Positions 23,471 through 35,979 of a stretch of DNA of 64,000 bases are shown in pieces. A program made the translations under genes and the position numbers. Origin of the DNA: Eledone cirrhosa. Taxonomy: Eukaryota. The notes below the pieces were generated by a model, which searched no databases, was not told the DNA's origin, and worked only from the letters and a program-made list of their open reading frames with translations. Within the stretch, counting starts at the first letter, position 1. Each line of letters opens with the position of its first letter. Where the stretch lies: the NCBI GenBank assembly GCA_964016885.1, contig OZ024740.1, positions 363,134,001 through 363,198,000 on the forward strand. The letters are read 5' to 3'.

Positions 23471-25869
23471 TCAGGAGTTGGGTGGAATGGTTGGTGAATA
23501 GAAGTGATCGAGTGAGGAGTTGGGTGGAATGGTTGGTGAACAGAAGTGATCGAGTGAGGAGTTGGGTGGAATGGTTGGTGAACAGAAGTGATCGAGTGAG
23601 GAGTTGGGTGGAATGGTTGGTGAACAGAAGTGATCGAGTGTGGAGTTGGGTGGAATGGTTGGTGAATAGAAGTGATCGAGTGAGGAGTTGGGTGGAATGG
23701 TTGGTGAACAGAAGTGATCGTGTGAGGAGTTGGGTGGAATGGTTGGTGAACAGAAGTGATCGAGTGAGATGTTGGGTGGAATGGTTGGTGAACAGAAATG
23801 ATCGTGTGAGGAGTTGGGTGGAATGGTTGGTGAATAGAAGTGATCGAGTGAGGAGTTGGGTGGAATGGTTGGTGAATAGAAGTGATCGAGTGAGGAGTTG
23901 GGTGGAATGGTTGGTGAATAGACGTGATCGTGTGAGGAGTTGGGTGGAATGGTTGGTGAACAGAAGTGATCGAGTCAGGAGTTGGGTGGAATGGTTGGTG
24001 AATAGAAGTGATCGAGTGAGGAGTTGGGTGGAATGGTTGGTGAACAGAAGTGATCGAGTGAGGAGTTGGGTGGAATGGTTGGTGAACAGAAGTGATCGAG
24101 TGAGGAGTTGGGTGGAATGGTTGGTGAACAGAAGTGATCGAGTGAGGAGTTGGGTGGAATGGTTGGTGAACAGAAGTGATCGAGTGAGGAGTTGGGTGGA
24201 ATGGTTGGTGAATAGAAGTGATCGAGTGAGGAGTTGGGTGGAATGGTTGGTGAACAGAAGTGATCGAGTGAGGAGTTGGGTGGAATGGTTGGTGAACAGA
24301 AGTGATCGAGTGAGGAGTTGGGTGGAATGGTTGGTGAACAGAAGTGATCGAGTATGGAGTTGGGTGGAATGGTTGGTGAATAGAAGTGATCGAGTGAGGA
24401 GTTGGGTGGAATGGTTGGTGAATAGAAGTGATCGAGTGAGGAGTTGGGTGGAATGGTTGGTGAACAGAAGTGATCGAGTATGGAGTTGGGTGGAATGGTT
24501 GGTGAACAGAAGTGATCGAGTGAGGAGTTGGGTGGAATGGTTGGTGAATAGAAGTGATCGAGTGAGGAGTTGGGTGGAATGGTTGGTGAACAGAAGTGAT
24601 CGAGTGAGGAGTTGGGTGGAATGGTTGGTGAACAGAAGTGATCGAGTGAGGAGTTGGGTGGAATGGTTGGTGAACAGAAGTGATCGAGTGAGGAGTTGGG
24701 TGGAATGGTTGGTGAATAGAAGTGATCGAGTGAGGAGTTGGGTGGAATGGTTGGTGAACAGAAGTGATCGAGTGTGGAGTTGGGTGGAATGGTTGGTGAA
24801 CAGAAGTGATCGAGTGAGGAGTTGGGTGGAATGGTTGCTGAACTGAAGTGATCGAGTGAGATGTTGGGTGGAATGGTTGGTGAACAGAAGTGATCGAGTG
24901 AGGAGTTGGGTGGAATGGTTGGTGAATAGAAGTGATCGAGTGTGGAGTTGGGTGGAATGGTTGGTGAATAGAAGTGATCGAGTGAGGAGTTGGGTGGAAT
25001 AGTTGGTGAACTGAAGTGATCGAGTGAGATGTTGGGTGGAATGGTTGGTGAACAGAAGTGATCGAGTGAGGAGTTGGGTGGAATGGTTGGTGAACAGAAG
25101 TGATCGTGTGAGGAGTTGGGTGGAATGGTTGGTGAATAGAAGTGATCGAGTGAGGAGTTGGGTGGAATAGTTGGTGAACTGAAGTGATCGAGTGAGATGT
25201 TGGGTGGAATGGTTGGTGAACAGAAGTGATCGAGTGAGGAGTTGGGTGGAATGGTTGGTGAATAGAAGTGATCGAGTGAGGAGTTGGGTGGAATGGTTGG
25301 TGAACAGAAGTGATCGTGTGAGGAGTTGGGTGGAATGGTTGGTGAACAGAAGTGATCGAGTGAGATGTTGGGTGGAATGGTTGGTGAACAGAAATGATCG
25401 TGTGAGGAGTTGGGTGGAATGGTTGGTGAATAGAACTGATCGAGTGAGGAGTTGGGTGGAATGGTTGGTGAACAGAAGTGATCGTGTGAGGAGTTGGGTG
25501 GAATGGTTGGTGAATAGAAGTGATCGTGTGAGGAGTTGGGTGGCATGGTTGGTGTACAGAAGTGATCGTGTGAGGAGTTGGGTGGAATGGTTGGTGAACA
25601 GAAGTGATCGAGTGAGATGTTGGGTGGAATGGTTGGTGAACAGAAGTGATCGTGTGAGGAGTTGGGTGGAATGGTTGGTGAATAGAAGTGATCGAGTGAG
25701 GAGATGGGTGGAATGGTTGGTGAACAGAAGTGATCGTGTGAGGAGTTGGGTGGAATGGTTGGTGAATAGACGTGATCGTGTGAGGAGTTGGGTGGAATGG
25801 TTGGTGAACAGAAGTGATCGTGTGAGGAGTTGGGTGGAATGGTTGGTGAACAGAAGTGATCGTGTGAGG

Positions 25870-28800
25870 AGTTGGGTGGAATGGTTGGTGAATAGAAGTG
25901 ATCGAGTGAGGAGTTGGGTGGAATGGTTGGTGAACAGAAGTGATCGTGTGAGGAGTTGGGTGGAATGGTTGGTGAATAGAAGTGATCGAGTGAGGAGTTG
26001 GGTGGAATGGTTGGTGAACAGAAGTGATCGAGTGAGGAGTTGGGTGGAATGGTTGGTGAACAGAAGTGATCGTGTGAGGAGTTGGGTGGAATGGTTGGTG
26101 AATAGAAGTGATCGAGTGAGGAGTTGGGTGGAATAGTTGGTGAACTGAAGTGATCGAGTGAGATGTTGGGTGGAATGGTTGGTGAACAGAAATGATCGTG
26201 TGAGGAGTTGGGTGGAATGGTTGGTGAATAGAAGTGATCGAGTGAGGAGTTGGGTGGAATGGTTGGTGAACAGAAGTGATCGTGTGAGGAGTTGGGTGGA
26301 ATGGTTGGTGAATAGAAGTGATCGTGTGAGGAGTTGGGTGGCATGGTTGGTGTACAGAAGTGATCGTGTGAGGAGTTGGGTGGAATGGTTGGTGAACAGA
26401 AGTGATCGAGTGAGATGTTGGGTGGAATGGTTGGTGAACAGAAGTGATCGTGTGAGGAGTTGGGTGGAATGGTTGGTGAATAGAAGTGATCGAGTGAGGA
26501 GATGGGTGGAATGGTTGGTGAACAGAAGTGATCGTGTGAGGAGTTGGGTGGAATGGTTGGTGAATAGACGTGATCGTGTGAGGAGTTGGGTGGAATGGTT
26601 GGTGAACAGAAGTGATCGTGTGAGGAGTTGGGTGGAATGGTTGGTGAACAGAAGTGATCGTGTGAGGAGTTGGGTGGAATGGTTGGTGAATAGAAGTGAT
26701 CGAGTGAGGAGTTGGGTGGAATGGTTGGTGAACAGAAGTGATCGTGTGAGGAGTTGGGTGGAATGGTTGGTGAATAGAAGTGATCGAGTGAGGAGTTGGG
26801 TGGAATGGTTGGTGAACAAAAGTGATCGAGTGAGATGTTGGGTGGAATGGTTGGTGAACAGAAGTGATCGAGTGAGGAGTTGGGTGGAATGGTTGGTGAA
26901 TAGAAGTGATCGAGTGAGGAGTTGGGTGGAATGGTTGGTGAACAGAAGTGATCGTGTGAGGAGTTGGGTGGAATGGTTGGTGAATAGAAGTGATCGAGTG
27001 AGGAGTTGGGTGGAATGGTTGGTGAATAGAAGTGATCGAGTGAGGAGTTGGGTGGAATGGTTGGTGAGCAGAAGTGATCGAGTGTGGAGTTGGGTGGAAT
27101 GGTTGGTGAACAGAAGTGATCGAGTGAGGAGTTGGGTGGAATGGTTGGTGAATAGAAGTGATCGAATGAGGAGTTGGGTGGAATGGTTGGTGAACAGAAG
27201 TGATCGAGTGTGGAGTTGGGTGGAATGGTTGGTGAACAGAAGTGATCGAGTGTGGAGTTGGGTGGAATGGTTGGTGAACAGAAGTGATCGAGTGAGGACT
27301 TGGGTGGAATGGTTGGTGAACAGAAGTGATCGAGTGAGGAGTTGGGTGGAATGGTTGGTGAACAGAAGTGATCGAGTGAGGAGTTGGGTGGAATGGTTGG
27401 TGAACAGAAATGATCGTGTGAGGAGTTGGGTGGAATGGTTGGTGAATAGAAGTGATCGAGTGAGGACTTGGGTGGAATGGTTGGTGAACAGAAGTGATCG
27501 AGTGAGGAGTTGGGTGGAATGGTTGGTGAACAGAAGTGATCGAGTGAGATGTTGGGTGGAATGGTTGGGGAACAGAAATGATTGTGTGAGGAATTGGGTG
27601 GAATGGTTGGTGAATAGAAGTGATCGAGTGAGGAGTTGGGTGGAATGGTTGGTGAACAGAAGTGATCGTGTGAGGAGTTGGGTGGAATGGTTGGTGAACA
27701 GAAGTGATCGAGTGAGATGTTGGGTGGAATGGTTGGTGAACAGAAATGATCGTGTGAGGAGTTGGGTGGAATGGTTGGTGAATAGAAGTGATCGAGTGAG
27801 GAGTTGGGTGGAATGGTTGGTGAACAGAAGTGATCGTGTGAGGAGTTGGGTGGAATGGTTGGTGAATAGAAGTGATCGAGTGAGGAGTTGGGTGGAATGG
27901 TTGGTGAACAGAAGTGATCGAGTGAGGAGTTGGGTGGAATGGTTGGTGAACAGAAGTGATCGTGTGAGGAGTTGGGTGGAATGGTTGGTGAATAGAAGTG
28001 ATCGAGTGAGGAGTTGGGTGGAATAGTTGGTGAACTGAAGTGATCGAGTGAGATGTTGGGTGGAATGGTTGGTGAACAGAAATGATCGTGTGAGGAGTTG
28101 GGTGGAATGGTTGGTGAATAGAAGTGATCGAGTGAGGAGTTGGGTGGAATGGTTGGTGAACAGAAGTGATCGTGTGAGGAGTTGGGTGGAATGGTTGGTG
28201 AATAGAAGTGATCGTGTGAGGAGTTGGGTGGCATGGTTGGTGTACAGAAGTGATCGTGTGAGGAGTTGGGTGGAATGGTTGGTGAACAGAAGTGATCGAG
28301 TGAGATGTTGGGTGGAATGGTTGGTGAACAGAAGTGATCGTGTGAGGAGTTGGGTGGAATGGTTGGTGAATAGAAGTGATCGAGTGAGGAGATGGGTGGA
28401 ATGGTTGGTGAACAGAAGTGATCGTGTGAGGAGTTGGGTGGAATGGTTGATGAATAGACGTGATCGTGTGAGGAGTTGGGTGGAATGGTTGGTGAACAGA
28501 AGTGATCGTGTGAGGAGTTGGGTGGAATGGTTGGTGAACAGAAGTGATCGTGTGAGGAGTTGGGTGGAATGGTTGGTGAATAGAAGTGATCGAGTGAGGA
28601 GTTGGGTGGAATGGTTGGTGAACAGAAGTGATCGTGTGAGGAGTTGGGTGGAATGGTTGGTGAATAGAAGTGATCGAGTGAGGAGTTGGGTGGAATGGTT
28701 GGTGAACAAAAGTGATCGAGTGAGATGTTGGGTGGAATGGTTGGTGAACAGAAGTGATCGAGTGAGGAGTTGGGTGGAATGGTTGGTGAATAGAAGTGAT

Positions 28801-29760
28801 CGAGTGAGGAGTTGGGTGGAATGGTTGGTGAACAGAAGTGATCGTGTGAGGAGTTGGGTGGAATGGTTGGTGAACAGAAGTGATCGTGTGAGTAGTTGGG
28901 TGGAATGGTTGGTGAAATGAAGTGATCGAGTGAGATGTTGGGTGGAATGGTTGGTGAACAGAAGTGATCTTGTGAGGAGTTGGGTGGAATGGTTGGTGAA
29001 CAGAAGTGATCGTGTGAGGAGTTGGGTGGAATGGTTGGTGAACAGAAGTGATCGTGTGAGGAGTTGGGTGGAATGGTTGGTGAATAGAAGTGATCGAGTG
29101 AGGAGTTGGGTGGAATGGTTGGTGAATAGAAGTGATCGAGTGAGGAGTTGTGTGGAATGGTTGGTGAGCAGAAGTGATCGAGTGTGGAGTTGGGTGGAAT
29201 GGTTGGTGAACAGAAGTGATCGAGTGAGGAGTTGGGTGGAATGGTTGGTGAATAGAAGTGATCGAATGAGGAGTTGGGTGGAATGGTTGGTGAACAGAAG
29301 TGATCGAGTGTGGAGTTGGGTGGAATGGTTGGTGAACAGAAGTGATCGAGTGTGGAGTTGGGTGGAATGGTTGGTGAACAGAAGTGATCGAGTGAGGACT
29401 TGGGTGGAATGGTTGGTGAACAGAAGTGATCGAGTGAGGAGTTGGGTGGAATGGTTGGTGAACAGAAGTGATCGAGTGAGGAGTTGGGTGGAATGGTTGG
29501 TGAACAGAAATGATCGTGTGAGGAGTTGGGTGGAATGGTTGGTGAATAGAAGTGATCGAGTGAGGACTTGGGTGGAATGGTTGGTGAACAGAAGTGATCG
29601 AGTGAGGAGTTGGGTGGAATGGTTGGTGAACAGAAGTGATCGAGTGAGATGTTGGGTGGAATGGTTGGTGAACAGAAATGATCGTGTGAGGAGTTGGGTG
29701 GAATGGTTGGTGAATAGAAGTGATCGAGTGAGGAGTTGGGTGGAATGGTTGGTGAACAGA
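25870..29760. repeat. Imperfect higher-order duplication, offset 1890 bp (45 monomers)
   Basis: GGCATG at 26342/28232, AACAAAAG at ~26818/28708, ORF starts 26158/28048. Boundaries are approximate. Confidence 0.8.
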
Positions 29761-32700
29761 AGTGATCGTGTGAGTAGTTGGGTGGAATGGTTGGTGAATA
29801 GAAGTGATCGTGTGAGGAGTTGGGTGGCATGGTTGGTGTACAGAAGTGATCGTGTGAGGAGTTGGGTGGAATGGTTGGTGAACAGAAGTGATCGAGTGAG
29901 ATGTTGGGTGGAATGGTTGGTGAACAGAAGTGATCGTGTGAGGAGTTGGGTGGAATGGTTGGTGAATAGAAGTGATCGAGTGAGGAGATGGGTGGAATGG
30001 TTGGTGAACAGAAGTGATCGTGTGAGGAGTTGGGTGGAATGGTTGGTGAATAGACGTGATCGTGTGAGGAGTTGGGTGGAATGGTTGGTGAACAGAAGTG
30101 ATCGTGTGAGATGTTGGGTGGAATGGTTGGTGAACAGAAGTGATCGAGTGAGGAGTTGGGTGGAATGGTTGGTGATCGAGTGAGGAGTTGGGTGGAATGG
30201 TTGGTGAACAGAAGTGATCTTGTGAGGAGTTGGGTGGAATGGTTGGTGAACAGAAGTGATCGTGTGAGGAGTTGGGTGGAATGGTTGGTGAACAGAAGTG
30301 ATCGTGTGAGGAGTTGGGTGGAATGGTTGGTGAATAGAAGTGATCGAGTGAGGAGTTGGGTGGAATGGTTGGTGAATAGAAGTGATCGAGTGAGGAGTTG
30401 GGTGGAATGGTTGGTGAGCAGAAGTGATCGAGTGTGGAGTTGGGTGGAATGGTTGGTGAACAGAAGTGATCGAGTGAGGAGTTGGGTGGAATGGTTGGTG
30501 AATAGAAGTGATCGAATGAGGAGTTGGGTGGAATGGTTGGTGAACAGAAGTGATCGAGTGTGGAGTTGGGTGGAATGGTTGGTGAACAGAAGTGATCGAG
30601 TGTGGAGTTGGGTGGAATGGTTGGTGAACAGAAGTGATCGAGTGAGGACTTGGGTGGAATGGTTGGTGAACAGAAGTGATCGAGTGAGGAGTTGGGTGGA
30701 ATGGTTGGTGAACAGAAGTGATCGAGTGAGGAGTTGGGTGGAATGGTTGGTGAATAGAAGTGATCGAGTGAGGAGTTGGGTGGAATGGTTGGTGAACAGA
30801 AGTGATCGAGTGAGGAGTTGGGTGGAATGGTTGGTGAACAGAAGTGATCGAGTGAGGAGTTGGGTGGAATGGTTGGTGAACAGAAGTGATCGAGTGAGGA
30901 GTTGGGTGGAATGGTTGGTGAATAGAAGTGATCGAGTGAGGAGTTGGGTGGAATGGTTGGTGAACAGAAGTGATCGAGTGAGGAGTTGGGTGGAATGGTT
31001 GGTGAACAGAAGTGATCGAGTGAGGAGTTGGGTGGAATGGTTGGTGAACAGAAGTGATCGAGTATGGAGTTGGGTGGAATGGTTGGTGAATAGAAGTGAT
31101 CGAGTGAGGAGTTGGGTGGAATGGTTGGTGAATAGAAGTGATCGAGTGAGGAGTTGGGTGGAATGGTTGGTGAACAGAAGTGATCGAGTATGGAGTTGGG
31201 TGGAATGGTTGGTGAACAGAAGTGATCGAGTGAGGAGTTGGGTGGAATGGTTGGTGAATAGAAGTGATCGAGTGAGGAGTTGGGTGGAATGGTTGGTGAA
31301 CAGAAGTGATCGAGTGAGGAGTTGGGTGGAATGGTTGGTGAACAGAAGTGATCGAGTGAGGAGTTGGGTGGAATGGTTGGTGAACAGAAGTGATCGAGTG
31401 AGGAGTTGGGTGGAATGGTTGGTGAATAGAAGTGATCGAGTGAGGAGTTGGGTGGAATGGTTGGTGAACAGAAGTGATCGAGTGTGGAGTTGGGTGGAAT
31501 GGTTGGTGAACAGAAGTGATCGAGTGAGGAGTTGGGTGGAATGGTTGGTGAACTGAAGTGATCGAGTGAGATGTTGGGTGGAATGGTTGGTGAACAGAAG
31601 TGATCGAGTGAGGAGTTGGGTGGAATGGTTGGTGAATAGAAGTGATCGAGTGTGGAGTTGGGTGGAATGGTTGGTGAACTGAAGTGATCGAATGAGATGT
31701 TGGGTGGAATGGTTGGTGAACAGAAGTGATCGAGTGAGGAGTTGGGTGGAATGGTTGGTGAACAGAAGTGATCGTGTGAGGAGTTGGGTGGAATGGTTGG
31801 TGAATAGAAGTGATCGAGTGAGGAGTTGGGTGGAATAGTTGGTGAACTGAAGTGATCGAGTGAGATGTTGGGTGGAATGGTTGGTGAACAGAAGTGATCG
31901 AGTGAGGAGTTGGGTGGAATGGTTGGTGAATAGAAGTGATCGAGTGAGGAGTTGGGTGGAATGGTTGGTGAACAGAAGTGATCGAGTGAGATGTTGGGTG
32001 GAATGGTTGGTGAACAGAAATGATCGTGTGAGGAGTTGGGTGGAATGGTTGGTGAATAGAAGTGATCGAGTGAGGAGTTGGGTGGAATGGTTGGTGAACA
32101 TAAGTGATCGTGTGAGGAGTTGGGTGGAATGGTTGGTGAATAGAAGTGATCGTGTGAGGAGTTGGGTGGCATGGTTGGTGTACAGAAGTGATCGTGTGAG
32201 GAGTTGGGTGGAATGGTTGGTGAACAGAAGTGATCGAGTGAGATGTTGGGTGGAATGGTTGGTGAACAGAAGTGATCGTGTGAGGAGTTGGGTGGAATGG
32301 TTGGTGAATAGAAGTGATCGAGTGAGGAGATGGGTGGAATGGTTGGTGAACAGAAGTGATCGTGTGAGGAGTTGGGTGGAATGGTTGGTGAATAGACGTG
32401 ATCGTGTGAGGAGTTGGGTGGAATGGTTGGTGAACAGAAGTGATCGTGTGAGGAGTTGGGTGGAATGGTTGGTGAACAGAAGTGATCGTGTGAGGAGTTG
32501 GGTGGAATGGTTGGTGAATAGAAGTGATCGAGTGAGGAGTTGGGTGGAATGGTTGGTGAACAGAAGTGATCGTGTGAGGAGTTGGGTGGAATGGTTGGTG
32601 AATAGAAGTGATCGAGTGAGGAGTTGGGTGGAATGGTTGGTGAACAGAAGTGATCGAGTGAGATGTTGGGTGGAATGGTTGGTGAACAGAAGTGATCGAG

Positions 32701-35700
32701 TGAGGAGTTGGGTGGAATGGTTGGTGAATAGAAGTGATCGAGTGAGGAGTTGGGTGGAATGGTTGGTGAACAGAAGTGATCGTGTGAGGAGTTGGGTGGA
32801 ATGGTTGGTGAACAGAAGTGATCGAGTGAGATGTTGGGTGGAATGGTTGGTGAACAGAAGTGATCGTGTGAGTAGTTGGGTGGAATGGTTGGTGAAATGA
32901 AGTGATCGAGTGAGATGTTGGGTGGAATGGTTGGTGAACAGAAGTGATCGAGTGAGGAGTTGGGTGGAATGGTTGGTGATCGAGTGAGGAGTTGGGTGGA
33001 ATGGTTGGTGAACAGAAGTGATCTTGTGAGGAGTTGGGTGGAATGGTTGGTGAACAGAAGTGATCGTGTGAGGAGTTGGGTGGAATGGTTGGTGAACAGA
33101 AGTGATCGTGTGAGGAGTTGGGTGGAATGGTTGGTGAATAGAAGTGATCGAGTGAGGAGTTGGGTGGAATGGTTGGTGAATAGAAGTGATCGAGTGAGGA
33201 GTTGGGTGGAATGGTTGGTGAACAGAAGTGATCGAGTATGGAGTTGGGTGGAATGGTTGGTGAACAGAAGTGATCGAGTGAGGAGTTGGGTGGAATGGTT
33301 GGTGAATAGAAGTGATCGAGTGAGGAGTTGGGTGGAATGGTTGGTGAACAGAAGTGATCGAGTGAGGAGTTGGGTGGAATGGTTGGTGAACAGAAGTGAT
33401 CGAGTGAGGAGTTGGGTGGAATGGTTGGTGAACAGAAGTGATCGAGTGAGGAGTTGGGTGGAATGGTTGGTGAATAGAAGTGATCGAGTGAGGAGTTGGG
33501 TGGAATGGTTGGTGAACAGAAGTGATCGAGTGTGGAGTTGGGTGGAATGGTTGGTGAACAGAAGTGATCGAGTGTGGAGTTGGGTGGAATGGTTGGTGAA
33601 CTGAAGTGATCGAGTGAGATGTTGGGTGGAATGGTTGGTGAACAGAAGTGATCGAGTGAGGAGTTGGGTGGAATGGTTGGTGAATAGAAGTGATCGAGTG
33701 TGGAGTTGGGTGAAATGGTTGGTGAACTGAAGTGATCGAATGAGATGTTGGGTGGAATGGTTGGTGAACAGAAGTGATCGAGTGAGGAGTTGGGTGGAAT
33801 GGTTGGTGAACAGAAGTGATCGTGTGAGGAGTTGGGTGGAATGGTTGGTGAATAGAAGTGATCGAGTGAGGAGTTGGGTGGAATAGTTGGTGAACTGAAG
33901 TGATCGAGTGAGATGTTGTGTGGAATGGTTGGTGAACAGAAGTGATCGAGTGAGGAGTTGGGTGGAATGGTTGGTGAATAGAAGTGATCGAGTGAGGAGT
34001 TGGGTGGAATGGTTGGTGAACAGAAGTGATCGTGTGAGGAGTTGGGTGGAATGGTTGGTGAACAGAAGTGATCGAGTGAGATGTTGGGTGGAATGGTTGG
34101 TGAACAGAAATGATCGTGTGAGGAGTTGGGTGGAATGGTTGGTGAATAGAAGTGATCGAGTGAGGAGTTGGGTGGAATGGTTGGTGAACAGAAGTGATCG
34201 TGTGAGGAGTTGGGTGGAATGGTTGGTGAATAGAAGTGATCGTGTGAGGAGTTGGGTGGCATGGTTGGTGTACAGAAGTGATCGTGTGAGGAGTTGGGTG
34301 GAATGGTTGGTGAACAGAAGTGATCGAGTGAGATGTTGGGTGGAATGGTTGGTGAACAGAAGTGATCGTGTGAGGAGTTGGGTGGAATGGTTGGTGAATA
34401 GAAGTGATCGAGTGAGGAGATGGGTGGAATGGTTGGTGAACAGAAGTGATCGTGTGAGGAGTTGGGTGGAATGGTTGGTGAATAGACGTGATCGTGTGAG
34501 GAGTTGGGTGGAATGGTTGGTGAACAGAAGTGATCGTGTGAGGAGTTGGGTGGAATGGTTGGTGAACAGAAGTGATCGTGTGAGGAGTTGGGTGGAATGG
34601 TTGGTGAATAGAAGTGATCGAGTGAGGAGTTGGGTGGAATGGTTGGTGAACAGAAGTGATCGTGTGAGGAGTTGGGTGGAATGGTTGGTGAATAGAAGTG
34701 ATCGAGTGAGGAGTTGGGTGGAATGGTTGGTGAACAGAAGTGATCGAGTGAGATGTTGGGTGGAATGGTTGGTGAACAGAAGTGATCGAGTGAGGAGTTG
34801 GGTGGAATGGTTGGTGAATAGAAGTGATCGAGTGAGGAGTTGGGTGGAATGGTTGGTGAACAGAAGTGATCGTGTGAGGAGTTGGGTGGAATGGTTGGTG
34901 AACAGAAGTGATCGAGTGAGATGTTGGGTGGAATGGTTGGTGAACAGAAGTGATCGTGTGAGTAGTTGGGTGGAATGGTTGGTGAAATGAAGTGATCGAG
35001 TGAGATGTTGGGTGGAATGGTTGGTGAACAGAAGTGATCGAGTGAGGAGTTTGGTGGAATGGTTGGTGATCGAGTGAGGAGTTGGGTGGAATGGTTGGTG
35101 AACAGAAGTGATCTTGTGAGGAGTTAGGTGGAATGGTTGGTGAACAGAAGTGATCGTGTGAGGAGTTGGGTGGAATGGTTGGTGAACAGAAGTGATCGTG
35201 TGAGGAGTTGGGTGGAATGGTTGGTGAATAGAAGTGATCGAGTGAGGAGTTGGGTGGAATGGTTGGTGAATAGAAGTGATCGAGTGTGGAGTTGGGTGGA
35301 ATGGTTGGTGAACAGAAGTGATCGTGTGAGGAGTTGGGTGGAATGGTTGGTGAACAGAAGTGATCGAGTGAGGAGTTGGGTGGAATGGTTGGTGAACAGA
35401 AGTGATCGAGTGAGGAGTTGGGTGGAATGGTTGGTGAACAGAAGTGATCGAGTGAGGAGTTGGGTGGAATGGTTGGTGAATAGAAGTGATCGAGTGTGGA
35501 GTTGGGTGGAATGGTTGGTGAACAGAAGTGATCGAGTGTGGAGTTGGGTGGAATGGTTGGTGAATAGAAGTGATCGAATGAGGAGTTGGGTGGAATGGTT
35601 GGTGAACAGAAGTGATCGAGTGTGGAGTTGGGTGGAATGGTTGGTGAACAGAAGTGATCGAGTGTGGAGTTGGGTGGAATGGTTGGTGAACAGAAGTGAT

Positions 35701-35979
35701 CGAGTGAGGACTTGGGTGGAATGGTTGGTGAACAGAAGTGATCGAGTGAGGAGTTGGGTGGAATGGTTGGTGAACAGAAGTGATCGAGTGAGGAGTTGGG
35801 TGGAATGGTTGGTGAACAGAAGTGATCGAGTGAGGAGTTGGGTGGAATGGTTGGTGAACAGAAGTGATCGAGTGAGGAGTTGGGTGGAATGGTTGGTGAA
35901 CAGAAGTGATCGAGTGAGGAGTTGGGTGGAATGGTTGGTGAACAGAAGTGATCGAGTGAGGAGTTGGGTGGAATGGTTG

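Noticed and set aside
1905-34262. 10,785-aa ORF (and the overlapping 7,739-aa and 4,265-aa ORFs) as a giant mucin-like or His/Pro-rich protein gene
   Set aside because: All three frames are open simply because the C-rich strand lacks stop triplets. The peptide switches frame at every 10-bp deletion, and there is no signal peptide, unique domain or credible start.
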